Positions 1-12,117 of a stretch of 64,000 nt of DNA are shown piece by piece. Position 1 is the stretch's first letter, and every line of letters begins with the position of its first letter. Under the pieces are notes generated by a model that was not told the DNA's origin, searched no databases, and saw nothing but the letters and a program-made list of their open reading frames with translations. The translations under genes were made by a program, and so were the position numbers. Source of the DNA: Myxococcota bacterium (GTDB lineage: Bacteria; Myxococcota_A; Polyangia; Nannocystales; Nannocystaceae). Where the stretch lies: the NCBI GenBank assembly GCA_039028615.1, contig JBCCHT010000053.1:1-64000 (forward strand). Reading direction: 5' to 3'.

Positions 1-23
1 GGGCAGGAGGGATATCGGGGGTT

Positions 24-750
24 GGTGAGAGTTCGAACGTTGGGCTCGCCTGTTGACGGCTGGAACCCTCCCCGGACGTGCTCGGCGGCCGTGACGGCCG
101 AGTGTTTCGCGGCGGCTTTACGGGGCCGCCTCCGCGCGACCGGGCCCCCTCCATCCTACGCGGCTTCGCTTCAGCCCTCCCCGTACGGCTCCCCCCGGGC
201 GGGCGTGGGAGTGGGTCCTGCTTCTCCGGGGGCCGACGTTGCTTCGCGTTTTAGGCGGTGGTGGCTGGATGGTCGGGGGAGGGCTTCCAAGGGTTGGAGA
301 AAGTTCGAATGTTGGGCTCGCCTGTTGACGGCTGGAACCCTCCCCGGACGTGCTCGGCGGCCGTGACGGTCGAGTGTTTCGCGAAGGTTGTACGGGGCCG
401 CCTCCGCGCGACCGGGCCCCCTCCATCCTACGCGGCTTCGCTTCAGCCCTCCCCGCGCGGCTCCTCCCGTGCGGGCGACTGTGGGGTCCTGGTTGGGCGG
501 GCGGTGGCTTGCTTGCAGAATCTTGGTGAGAGTTCGAACGGAAGGCTCGCCTGTTGACGGCTGGAACCCTCCCCGGACGTGCTCGGCGGCCGTGACGGCC
601 GAGTGTTTCGCGGCGGCTGTACGGGGCCGCCTCCGCGCGACCGGGCCCCCTCCATCCTACGCGGCTTCGCTTCAGCCCTCCCCGCGCGGCTCCTCCCGTG
701 CGAGCGTGGGAGTGGGTCCTGCTTCTCCGGGGGCTGACGTTGCTTCGACG
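24..750 (+). repeat. Tandem array of 3 copies of 'element A' (~230-270 bp period)
   Basis: Near-identical block GTTCGAA..GGCTCGCCTGTTGACGGCTGGAACCCTCCCCGGACGTGCTCGGCGGCCGTGACGG..CCATCCTACGCGGCTTCGCTTCAGCCCTCCCC starts at 31, 303 and 532. Internal palindrome CGGCCGT-G-ACGGCCG. May extend left of the window. Confidence 0.95.
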
Positions 751-805
751 AAGGGGTTCGAGGAGTGGCACGCCCACAGCTTGCCGCTCGCCGCGGTTGT
801 CGTAG

Positions 806-1540
806 GCGGCTCGATGTCCCCCGCTGCCCGCCAATTGCCGTAACCGGAGAAAGCGGAGCGCCCACGCAAACCTCAAGGGGCCGCGCCGGGGGGAGGGCCC
901 CGAACCCCGACCGAGGACTTAAGGCGGGCAGACAAACCTCTGCCCTACCCCCTTCCTCTCGCCCGACCCGCTGGGCGGGGTTTGGGAGGGACCCGTCGAC
1001 AGCAGGCCCCGTGCACCGCCGCGGCCCCATGCCTTCGAAGGCTCCGCTGGTGGTCCGCGGCTCGATGTCTCCGCTGCCTGCCGGTTGCCGTAACCGGAGA
1101 AGCGGAGCGCCCCCGCAAACCTCAAGGGGCCGCGCCGGGGGGAGGGCCCCGAACCCCGACCGAGGACTTAAGGCGGGCAGACAAACCTCTGCCCTACTCC
1201 CATCCTCTCGCCCGACCCGCAGGGCGGGGTTTGGGAGGGACCCGTCGACAGCAGGCCCCGTCCACCGCAGCGGCCCCATGCCTTCGAGGACTCCGCAGGT
1301 CGTACGCGGCTCGATGTCCCCGCTGCCCGCCGGTTGCCGTAACCGGAGAAGCGGAGCGCCCATGCAAACCTGAAGGGGCCGCGCCGGGGGGAGGGCCCCG
1401 AACCCCGACCGAGGACTTGAGGCGGGCAGACAAACCTCTGCCCTACCCCCATCCTCTCGCCCGACCCGCAGGGCGGGGTTTGGGAGGGACCCGTCGACAG
1501 CAGGCCCCGTGCACCGCAGCGGCCCATGCCTCCGAGGTCT
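806..1540 (-). repeat. Tandem array of 3 copies of 'element B' (~250 bp period) with REP-like core
   Basis: GCGGCTCGATGTC starts at ~806, ~1057 and ~1306, and the copies are near-identical. The minus strand reads GTAGGGCAGA-GGTTTG-TCTGCCC (GTAG + hairpin, e.g. 948-926). Confidence 0.95.
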
Positions 1541-1607
1541 CCAGCAATGTCGACGAAACCACGAGTACGCTCGCCGGAAGGAGGTATTCCGACGAGCGCT
1601 GGTGAAG

Positions 1608-4600
1608 TCAGCCCGCCGCCGCCGCGGGAACGAGGCCGATTCGGCGGCGGACGACCATGGCGGGCTCGGTCATCCAGGTGCGGAGCAAGTCATCGATGAC
1701 GGGCGAGCGAGCGAGCAGGTCGGCGCCTCGCTCTTCGCCGATGTCGTCCGTACGACGAATGACGCTGACCGTGTTGACGATGTCGTCGGAGACGATGGCC
1801 GCGAGGCGTCCGGTGGTCTGGTGGAGCCAGTGGACCAAGACGTTGGGCTCCAGCGGCTGCATGGCGGCGCAGACCTGGGCAGTGCCCTCGAGCATCTTGC
1901 GTTTGCGACGGGGCACGCCGCGGGTGAGTAGGCGGGCTCGGTCGTCGAGCAGCTCGGCGGGAGCGAGGCCGTTGCCGTAGCCAGGGGCCACGGTGCGGAT
2001 GGCGGCCGCGATGGTCAGGGCCAGGTCGCGAGGGGCCATGAGGTGCACGGGGTAGGTGCCGCGTGCGATGTGGGCCAAGGCCTGGGTGATCAGGAAGATC
2101 TGTTGGCTCTGCGGGAGGTCGCCGAGCCAGATCGGCAGCAACAGCGAGGGGCGACTGGTGTTCTCGACTCCGACGCCGCGGCCCTGGTGACGATGGACGT
2201 AGACGTCGAGCTCGTCGAGGGCGAAGAAGGAGGCGAGACGGTCGACGATCACGCGCATGGGGTGATCGGAGCGGGCGGCGATGCGGTCGCGGCTGGCGAC
2301 GCCCCAGTTCGACAGATCGGCGGGGCGGAGCTTGCCCAGGCCATCGCAGATGGCGGCGAGCAGGTTGCCGATGGCGGTCTGGTGATCGCCGCCGAGCTGC
2401 AGTTCGGCCCAGGCAGCGGGGACGAGGACTCCGGGGCGAATGGCCCGGGTATGCGGGCGCCAGTTGGCCACGGACTCGATCTCGTCGGCGCGGCCGTCTC
2501 CGGTGGCGACCAGGGCGGCCTGGGCGAGCTGCTGCTCGCGGGTACGGCCGATCTCTCCGAAGCATCGCGCCATCAGGCGCCAGCCCTCGGTACGAGAAGC
2601 ATCGTCGGAGACGAGCACCTGCAGCTGGCCGATGGCCTCGGCGGCGCGCCGGGCCTCGGCGAGGCGCTGGGCGAGCAGCAGACGCAAACCGGTATCGCCG
2701 TCGCTCTCGCGGAGGCCCCGGATCAAGGTGCTCATGGCGGCGCTCGGGTTGCCGAGACGCTCGTGCTGAAGCTGGGCGATCTCACCGAAGAGGGTGACGC
2801 GTGCCGGCCCGAGAGCGGCCCGCTCATCGAGATAGGTGCCCAGGGCGTCGACGTAGCGCTGCCAGTGCTCGGGGCCGGTGGCGCGCTCCATCATCTCGGT
2901 AGCAGCGGAGCTGCGGGGACCCTGCAGCCCGACCAGGCTGGCCCACGTGCCCATCGCTTCGTCGAGCTCGCCACGGCCGACCAGGGCTTCGGCGACCCAA
3001 CCGAGGGCCTCGACTCGACTGGCTTCGTCTTTGGACAGCTCGAGCAGCCGCTTGGCGGCATCGGCCGCGGCGGCGTGGTGCCCTTCGTCGAGCTGCAAGC
3101 GCGCGACCCGGCGGAGCAGGTCGACGTCGTTGGGGTCGGCCTCGAGGGCGGCCCCGTAGTGGGTGAAGGCCTCGCTGACCCGACCCGCGGTCTGATGGGC
3201 CTGGGCGAGCAAGGCGTGGGCGGCGTGGACGATCTCGTCGCTGGGCTTGGCAGCGACGCAGCGCTCGAACAGCTCGGTGGCCTCGTCGGCGCGACGATCG
3301 GCGAGGTAGAGCCGACCCAGGGCGAGCATGGCTTCGGCGCAATCGGGTTGCTCGCGAAGCAGCCGCTGGAGCGAGGACTGGGCCGCCCCGGGGTTGTCGA
3401 GCTCGGTCGACTGCAAGGTAGCGATCTGCATCCACAGCGACGCGATGCGACCGGGCTCGGTGGCGGCCTCGGCCGTCTTGACCAGGCGCTCGACCAGCGA
3501 GCGGTGGCGGCCCAGCTCGCGCATGACCTTCGACAGCCGCGTCGCGCCTTCGCGGTGATCGGGCCACTTGGTCAGGGCCCGCTCGAAGTCGGCGATCGCT
3601 CCGTCGTGGTCGGCGAGGCGCTCGGTCTTGATGGACCCCGCCCGCACCCAGGCATCGGCGGCGGGCTCGGGCTCGGTGATGTTCTCGGCCCCGCGCTCGG
3701 CCGCTTCGGCCAGCGCTTCGTCGTCGCGCAGCAGCTCGGCCATGCGAGTCAGGCCACGCAGCGCGCCGCGGTTGCGGGGGTCGAGCCGCAGCACCTCCCG
3801 GTAGACCTTGATCGCCTCCGGGTTGCCGGACAGCTCCATCGCCTCGGCCCGCCGCGTCATGTAGGCGGCGCGCAGATCGGCATGCTGCGACAGGCGAGCC
3901 AGCCGGGCATCGATCCCCGCCAGCGCCTCGGGCTTGCCGCTACGCAGGGCGAGGCGCTCGAGCGAGTGCAGCGCCCGGTGGTCCTCGGTCCGCGAGGCCA
4001 AGATCGTCGAGTACAGCTCGATCAGCTCGTCGGCGTCGTCGGGCCGATGTCGCTCGACGAGCCGTGCTTGCTCGTGCAGCGCGGCCACCCGGGCGCCCGG
4101 GTGGCGGAAGATCGCCACCTGACGATCGTACAGATCAACCAACCCGTCGGTGTCGCCCTTGGCTCGCAGCAGGGGCTCGAGCGCGACCAGGGCGGGCAGG
4201 TTGTCGCGCTGCAGATCGAGCACGCCGCGGAAGCAGGCGATCGCCCCGTCCACGTCACCGAGTCGCTCGGCGCGGATCTCTCCCGCGTAGCTGAGGTCCT
4301 CGATCGACCGTCGCGGATCGGAGTGCTGGGCCGCCTCGTGCTCGAGCTCGTCGGCCAGCGTCGCCCAATCTTTCTGGAGCGCCCGAACCCGGCGCAAGGC
4401 CGCGGTCGCGGGTCGATCGTCGGGGCGCAGCTCGTGCGCGGACGAGTAGTGCGTGGCCGCGGACTCGAGATCGGACAGCTCGTGCTCGTACAGCTCGGCC
4501 GTGGCCAGGGTCAGGCGCAGCTCGTCGTCGGGATGACCGGCGTTCTTGCGCTGCGAGTCGCGAAGCGTGGCCAGCTCGGCCCACTTGTGCTGTTCGTCGA

Positions 4601-7118
4601 GGATCCGCGCCAGGCCACGGGCGGCCATGGGCGCGCGCGGATCGAGCTGCAGCGCCTGTCGGTAGCACTTCGCCGCTTCGTCGGGCTCGGCCCGCTCGCG
4701 CTCGTGAACCTCACCCAAGCGTTGCCACAGGGCCACCGCGGCCTTGCCCTTGGGCTCGAGCTCGAGCTGCTTGCCGTAGATCTCGGTCAGCTCGGACCAG
4801 CGCTTGTCCACCGTGTAAAGCTGCGCGAGCTTGGCCAGCGAGGGCCGGTGCCCCTCGTCGATGGCCAGCGCCCGCCGATAGCGAACCACGGCCTCGCTGC
4901 GCTTGCCGAGCCGCGAGTCCAACACTTCGCCTGCCCGGTGCCACAGCATCACGCGCTGCCGGGGGTCAGTGCCGATCTCGATCTCCTGCTCGATGACCTC
5001 GACCAGCGTCGACCACTGCCCGGAGGCCTCCGCCACCCGACCGATCGCCTGCACCGCGCCCAAGTGGCGGGACTCGATGGACAGCACGCGACGGAAGACC
5101 ACGATGGCCTGCGCTGGATCGGCGAGCGGACCCTCGAGCAAGGCGCCCATCTGCATGAGCGTGTGAATGCGACGCGTCGAGTCGAGCCGGTCGATGAAGC
5201 GCTCGTACAGGTCGACCAGCTTCCGAAACGCGCTCGCCTTGGTGTACAGGCGCACGAGCGCTCGCATCGAGCCCTGCTGATCGGGATCGAAATCGATGGC
5301 GCGCTCGTGGTTGGCCATCGCAGCGGCCTCGTCCCCCATGCGCTCGAGCACTTCGGCCGCATGGGCATGCGCCACCGCGCGCGCGGGCGTGTCGATGGAG
5401 GCCTCGGCCTCGCCCCGGTACACCTCGACCAGCGCATCCCAGCGCTCGAGCTTGGTGTACAGCGGCGCCAGCAGGTGCAGCACGGGCGGATACGCCGGAT
5501 CGATGCCCCGGGCCGCCTCGAGGGCGGTGATGGCCATCTCTTCGTCCTGGATCTGCTCGTGGCATAGCCGCGCGAGCCGGAGCAGGATGCCCAGGCGCTC
5601 GCGCTCGTCGGGCACCAGGTCGACGAGATCGGTCAGGGTCGCGGCGTGGGCATGATGGTCGCCCCCGCGCGCGTGCAGGCGAGCCAAGGCCTCGAGGGTC
5701 TTGGCCCGGGGCACGGACTCGGCCGCGGTCTTCATCGCGGCGATCGCCTCGGTCAGGTTGCCCAGCTGCTCCGCTTGGACCTGCCCGATGCGATAGTACG
5801 CGGTCGCGCGCAGCTCGGGATCGTCGGAGCGATCGGCCTGCCCTCGCAGCACGCGAACCAAGTCGCCCCAGCGCTCGCGCTGCTCGTACAAGCGCTGGAG
5901 CACGGGCAGCACGTCGGGCGCCACCGCGTCCTCGATGGCCAGCGCCGACTCGTACAGCTCGGCTGCCACCCCGGGCTCCTCGAGGTGCACTTCGTGCAGG
6001 CGAGCCCGCTGCACCACCACCGCCGCGCGCAGGGGCGGCGCCTCGTCGAGGGCGTTGGCCAGCGCCTCGAGATCACGAGACAGCGCGGACCAGTCTTTGC
6101 GACGGCGATCGCTCTGCTCGAGCGCCTTGATGAGGGCCGGGTCGGCCTCGATGAGCGAAGTCGCGGCCCGATACGCCGCATGGGCGTCGTCGTGGCGGCC
6201 CAGCGCATCCTCGAGCATGCGCCCCTTGGAAAACCACAGCGCAGCCTTGCGGACCCGGTCGGTGCTCAGCTCGATCTCGCGGTCGTACAGCTCCAGCGCC
6301 CCGGACGGGTTGGCCATGCTCTGGCGAACCCGGCGAGCGGCCACGATGGTCGGCAGGTGCTGCGGCGTGGAGACCAGGGCCCGATCGAAGTGATGGGCGG
6401 CCCGCTCGAAGTTGCCGAGGACCGTCTCGTAGAGCCGACCGATCTCGTAGTGCAGTCGACCCACTCGATCGGCGTCGGCTTCTCCACCGAGCTGGGCTTC
6501 GTACTCGGTGATCGCCCGCAGGGCGTCGTCGGCATAGGCATCGAGCACGGCGGTGGGCAGCTTGAAGCCCTTGACCGAGATCGTCTCTCCGCCTTCGGAG
6601 CTCTTCTGAGGCTGCTGGACGATCATCTCGCCCGAGGCGGGGCGCGGACGATCGTCGGTCTTGGCGGGAGTCGGCTTCTTGGGGCGGCGGGGCGGCAGCC
6701 CCTTGATCTTCCGCGCCGGGAACCCATGCACGGTATCGGCCGCGCGCTCGCGGGCCCCTTGGGCGGCGGGCGTCTTCGTCGTCCCACCGGGCTTGGGCAC
6801 CGGGGTGCCGCCCTTGCGTGCCGGAGGTCGCGGCGGGGGCTTGGGCGCCCCCTTCAGCGTCGGCGACGACGGAGGCGGGGTGCCCTTCGTCTTTCCTTTG
6901 GCCTTCGCGGGCGGCTTGGGAGGCGGTGGGGTCTTGACCCCCGCGGCACGCTTGGCCTTGATCTTGTCGAGCAAGGCCGGCGCCGGAGCACCGTGCAGGG
7001 TCATGCCACCACCTTCGTCCGCTTTGCTCTTGGCGCTGGTGGGTGACGGGGTCGTTCGTCGCCGAGGAGGGGTGGGCGGCGACGGCGGCTTGGGCGGTGA
7101 AGGATCGTCGTTCGACAC
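1608..7118 (-). CDS. Giant tetratricopeptide-repeat protein (myxobacterial AgmK-like architecture), Pro/Lys-rich N-terminus
   Basis: 1836-aa ORF with dozens of TPR-like motifs (A..Y..AL.LDP....A...L..LY) and host-like codon usage. Confidence 0.85.
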   Translation of the reverse strand: MSNDDPSPPKPPSPPTPPRRRTTPSPTSAKSKADEGGGMTLHGAPAPALLDKIKAKRAAGVKTPPPPKPPAKAKGKTKGTPPPSSPTLKGAPKPPPRPPARKGGTPVPKPGGTTKTPAAQGARERAADTVHGFPARKIKGLPPRRPKKPTPAKTDDRPRPASGEMIVQQPQKSSEGGETISVKGFKLPTAVLDAYADDALRAITEYEAQLGGEADADRVGRLHYEIGRLYETVLGNFERAAHHFDRALVSTPQHLPTIVAARRVRQSMANPSGALELYDREIELSTDRVRKAALWFSKGRMLEDALGRHDDAHAAYRAATSLIEADPALIKALEQSDRRRKDWSALSRDLEALANALDEAPPLRAAVVVQRARLHEVHLEEPGVAAELYESALAIEDAVAPDVLPVLQRLYEQRERWGDLVRVLRGQADRSDDPELRATAYYRIGQVQAEQLGNLTEAIAAMKTAAESVPRAKTLEALARLHARGGDHHAHAATLTDLVDLVPDERERLGILLRLARLCHEQIQDEEMAITALEAARGIDPAYPPVLHLLAPLYTKLERWDALVEVYRGEAEASIDTPARAVAHAHAAEVLERMGDEAAAMANHERAIDFDPDQQGSMRALVRLYTKASAFRKLVDLYERFIDRLDSTRRIHTLMQMGALLEGPLADPAQAIVVFRRVLSIESRHLGAVQAIGRVAEASGQWSTLVEVIEQEIEIGTDPRQRVMLWHRAGEVLDSRLGKRSEAVVRYRRALAIDEGHRPSLAKLAQLYTVDKRWSELTEIYGKQLELEPKGKAAVALWQRLGEVHERERAEPDEAAKCYRQALQLDPRAPMAARGLARILDEQHKWAELATLRDSQRKNAGHPDDELRLTLATAELYEHELSDLESAATHYSSAHELRPDDRPATAALRRVRALQKDWATLADELEHEAAQHSDPRRSIEDLSYAGEIRAERLGDVDGAIACFRGVLDLQRDNLPALVALEPLLRAKGDTDGLVDLYDRQVAIFRHPGARVAALHEQARLVERHRPDDADELIELYSTILASRTEDHRALHSLERLALRSGKPEALAGIDARLARLSQHADLRAAYMTRRAEAMELSGNPEAIKVYREVLRLDPRNRGALRGLTRMAELLRDDEALAEAAERGAENITEPEPAADAWVRAGSIKTERLADHDGAIADFERALTKWPDHREGATRLSKVMRELGRHRSLVERLVKTAEAATEPGRIASLWMQIATLQSTELDNPGAAQSSLQRLLREQPDCAEAMLALGRLYLADRRADEATELFERCVAAKPSDEIVHAAHALLAQAHQTAGRVSEAFTHYGAALEADPNDVDLLRRVARLQLDEGHHAAAADAAKRLLELSKDEASRVEALGWVAEALVGRGELDEAMGTWASLVGLQGPRSSAATEMMERATGPEHWQRYVDALGTYLDERAALGPARVTLFGEIAQLQHERLGNPSAAMSTLIRGLRESDGDTGLRLLLAQRLAEARRAAEAIGQLQVLVSDDASRTEGWRLMARCFGEIGRTREQQLAQAALVATGDGRADEIESVANWRPHTRAIRPGVLVPAAWAELQLGGDHQTAIGNLLAAICDGLGKLRPADLSNWGVASRDRIAARSDHPMRVIVDRLASFFALDELDVYVHRHQGRGVGVENTSRPSLLLPIWLGDLPQSQQIFLITQALAHIARGTYPVHLMAPRDLALTIAAAIRTVAPGYGNGLAPAELLDDRARLLTRGVPRRKRKMLEGTAQVCAAMQPLEPNVLVHWLHQTTGRLAAIVSDDIVNTVSVIRRTDDIGEERGADLLARSPVIDDLLRTWMTEPAMVVRRRIGLVPAAAAG

Positions 7119-7217
7119 GCGGTCTAACGATGATACGGCGCCTTGCGGCGACGCGACATGCCTCGAAACCGCGCTTGGGGATCGATCGTCAAACGGTCGA
7201 TGCCGTGGCTGTAAGCG

Positions 7218-7406
7218 CTACCAGGTGAGGATCAGCTGGATGGTCGCCAGGGCCACGAAGCACGTCACGATGAGCGCGGGCAGGGTGACGTTCTCGAGCG
7301 TGGTCGCGCCGCGCAGCGCCTGGGGCTCGACCCGCCGCAGCGGCCCCGTCGCGGGCCTTCGCGAGTCCCACGAGAGCGATGCTCGACCATCGGCTGTCCA
7401 TCCCAT
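7218..7406 (-). CDS. Small (62 aa) protein with C-terminal hydrophobic helix; paralog of 7495-7680
   Basis: ATG at 7406. Ends TGPLRRVEPQALRGATTLENVTLPALIVTCFVALATIQLILTW*, colinear with the neighbouring ORF. Confidence 0.65.
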   Translation of the reverse strand: MGWTADGRASLSWDSRRPATGPLRRVEPQALRGATTLENVTLPALIVTCFVALATIQLILTW

Positions 7407-7494
7407 GGAAACAGCAAGACACGTCGCGAATCGCCATCGCAAATTTCTTGCAACAACGGACAACCGCGAAACGACGCTCAATCGTTATCGATGC

Positions 7495-7680
7495 TCACCA
7501 AGCCAGCGCGACCTGGATGGCGGCCAGAGCGGCCAAGGCCAGCAAGATCGCACCGGGGAGGGCCACCGATTCCATGGTGCGTGCCCCGGTGAGCGCGTCG
7601 GAGGGCAACCGCGTGAGCGGCCCCGTTCGCACCCGCTGGGGGCGACCGACTGCAACCGTGGATCTGCGCAACATCATCAA
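7495..7680 (-). CDS. Small (61 aa) protein with C-terminal hydrophobic helix; paralog of 7218-7406
   Basis: Ends TGPLTRLPSDALTGARTMESVALPGAILLALAALAAIQVALAW*. Confidence 0.65.
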   Translation of the reverse strand: MMMLRRSTVAVGRPQRVRTGPLTRLPSDALTGARTMESVALPGAILLALAALAAIQVALAW

Positions 7681-7835
7681 ACCTAGCCCTACAATTGGTG
7701 TAGGTGCTCCTCGCTCAATCGCAAGCTCGATTCACGAAAAAATTCACGTTTGCACGCGCCGCACGTCTACGTGGCTGGGGGATGCCCCCACCGTGACATT
7801 TTGATCCTACCGATCGGTGGTCGATCGAATGTCGA

Positions 7836-8795
7836 CTATTCGCGACGCAGCTGAACGAGCGGTCCCGCTTCCTCGGCGCCCCGTGAACTCCATTCGGACC
7901 ACGATTCACCGGGGTGTTTGCCGAGTGCATGCACCAGGTCGATGACGTCGCAAGGGCGGTATTGCGGTGCTCCGTCCTCGATGCGCGGGCCAAACCGAGC
8001 GGGGAGCCCCAAGCCGACGTGCACGCCGAGGTTGTCACCCCAACGGGCCAATTCTGCCAGTTGCTCTCGCTCGAGCACGGGAATTTGCCGATGCACTTCG
8101 TCGAGATCGAGCCACGCCGCTGCATTTCGAAATGCACGTGACATGGAGATCGCTTCCGTCCGCGTTCGGTCGGCCGAGTCGAACACCAGCGCCCCAATCA
8201 GGGCCACTGCGGCGGCACCCATCTCGATCGCCTGCGCACCGCTGCGTTGTCCCAAGCCACCGATCGCGACCAAGGGCCGCGACGCGATCCGACATGCATC
8301 GAGCAACTGCGGCATGCCGACGATCGGATCGGGATTCTTCTTCGATCGAGTGGGGGCGATGGGCCCCAGCGCAAGATAGTCCGGGGCGAGTTTCCCCGCC
8401 GCCCGTAGTTGCCCCAAGTCGTGTGTCGACAGACCGATCTGCAGGTTCGCGTGACCGCGTCGCTGAGCGTCGCGACGCAGCGCGGACAGATCGTCGGCTC
8501 CCGGATCACCCTGTCCCAAGTGCAGGCCATCGGCATTCACTGCGAGCGCCGCTTCGAAGTCGTCGTTGACCACCAGCATCGCGTTCGCGTCGCGACACAG
8601 GGGGGCCATCTGTTGCAGCCACTGCACGCGCTGCTCGGTGCTCGCGTCCTTGGCCCGCAGCTGAACCACGGAGGCGCCGTCGGCTCCGCCCTCGAGTCGG
8701 TCACCGAGCACCGCCCGAGTCATCTCGGCCACCGACAGCCCGAAGGGGTGGGGAACGTCGACGATCGCGTAGAGGCCCTGCACCGCCGTGCTCAT
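7836..8795 (-). CDS. thiE: Thiamine-phosphate synthase with ~100-aa C-terminal extension
   Basis: Motifs [49 protein letters not shown]. Confidence 0.9.
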   Translation of the reverse strand: MSTAVQGLYAIVDVPHPFGLSVAEMTRAVLGDRLEGGADGASVVQLRAKDASTEQRVQWLQQMAPLCRDANAMLVVNDDFEAALAVNADGLHLGQGDPGADDLSALRRDAQRRGHANLQIGLSTHDLGQLRAAGKLAPDYLALGPIAPTRSKKNPDPIVGMPQLLDACRIASRPLVAIGGLGQRSGAQAIEMGAAAVALIGALVFDSADRTRTEAISMSRAFRNAAAWLDLDEVHRQIPVLEREQLAELARWGDNLGVHVGLGLPARFGPRIEDGAPQYRPCDVIDLVHALGKHPGESWSEWSSRGAEEAGPLVQLRRE

Positions 8796-8886
8796 ACCAA
8801 CCCCGGCGACCGTCCTGCCACCGTCCTGTCAGGACGGTCGCCACCCGTGCCCCCCGGCACCCAGGGGCGCTGCTACCCTCCGGCCC

Positions 8887-11016
<2,130 letters not shown>

Positions 11017-11080
11017 AGGGCACGGGCGGCACACCTCGCTCCGCCCGCGGCGGTCGATTTTTCGGCCGTCGCGTTTGTCT

Positions 11081-12029
11081 ATGGCCCGGGTCCGCGCCAT
11101 GCTCCCGCCCATGCGCGAGGCGATCTCACGGCGCCAGGCCGGCCTTTTGACGTACGGCATCACGCCGCCCAAGCGCTCGTATCCCGCCGATAAACGGGCT
11201 CGGGTCGCCGACAAACAGACCGAGCGGATCAACGCCCTGCCCGTCGACGGCTTGGTGATCTACGACATCCAAGACCGATCGCACGGCGCAGGAGCGGCCC
11301 TTCCCGTTCATTCACCCCGTCGATCCGGTCGAGTATGCGTACGACGACCTGTCCCGGGTCCGTGTGCCCAAGGTGGTGTACCGCTGCGTCGGTGCACACA
11401 CCGAGGCCTCGCTGCGCGCAGGTCTGCAGCGCATCGACAGCGAAGGGGGACTGAGCGTCTTCGTCGGTGCCGCCTCGAGCACACAAGCCACCACCATGAA
11501 GCTGCCCGAGGCCCATGCTCTGCGGCAACAGCAGTTCGGTGGCCTGCCGCTGGGGGGAGTGTTGATCGCCGAGCGTCATGAAGCGCGCGGAGGCGAAGAT
11601 GCTCGAGTGCTTCGCAAGGTCGACGCGGGCTGCTCGTTCTTCGTCAGCCAGGCCGTGTACTCCGTCGTCGCCAGCAAGAACGTACTGAGCGATCTGTACT
11701 ACCGGGCCCAGGAAGCTGGTCGCCAAGTACCGCCCGTGCTCGTCACCCTGAGTCCGTGCGGATCGACCAAAACGATGGAATTCATGCGTTGGTTGGGGAT
11801 CTCGGTGCCCCGTTGGTTGGACAACGAGCTGACCCACGCCCACGACATCCTCGAGCTTTCGATCGACTTATGTGCGGACATCCTGGCGGACTTGGTGGAG
11901 TTCGCTCGGGGCAAAGGCATTCCGCTGGGGTGCAATGTCGAGAGCGTGTCGCTACGCAAGGCGGAGATCGACGCCTCGGTCGAGCTGGTGCACCGCGCTC
12001 GGGCGATCCTCGACGGCAGCATGACATAG
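11081..12029 (+). pseudogene. 5,10-methylenetetrahydrofolate reductase-like (FAD-linked) protein, frameshifted at ~11276
   Basis: The first frame gives YGITPPK..DGLVIYDIQD. After one extra base (C11276) the next frame continues DRTAQERPFPF..PKVVYRCVG..VFVGA..LGGVLIAERH..FFVSQAVY..LGCNVESVS. Could be a sequencing error. Confidence 0.75.
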
Positions 12030-12117
12030 ACATCAGTACCAAACCTATTTCGAGCGACAATCGAAGGCAGTAGCCAGGGGGCCCCTCCTCGGAGCCGCCT
12101 TGTCGCTGCCCGTCTTT

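Noticed and set aside
22..1605. Many 60-300 aa ORFs over the repeat arrays
   Set aside because: They are translations of the repeated units in several frames, with no codon bias or protein motifs.
2043..5567. Long antisense ORFs (also 8701-11232, 17019-18692, 31605-33752, 50497-52164 and others)
   Set aside because: Shadow ORFs typical of high-GC DNA; the opposite strand carries the recognisable protein.
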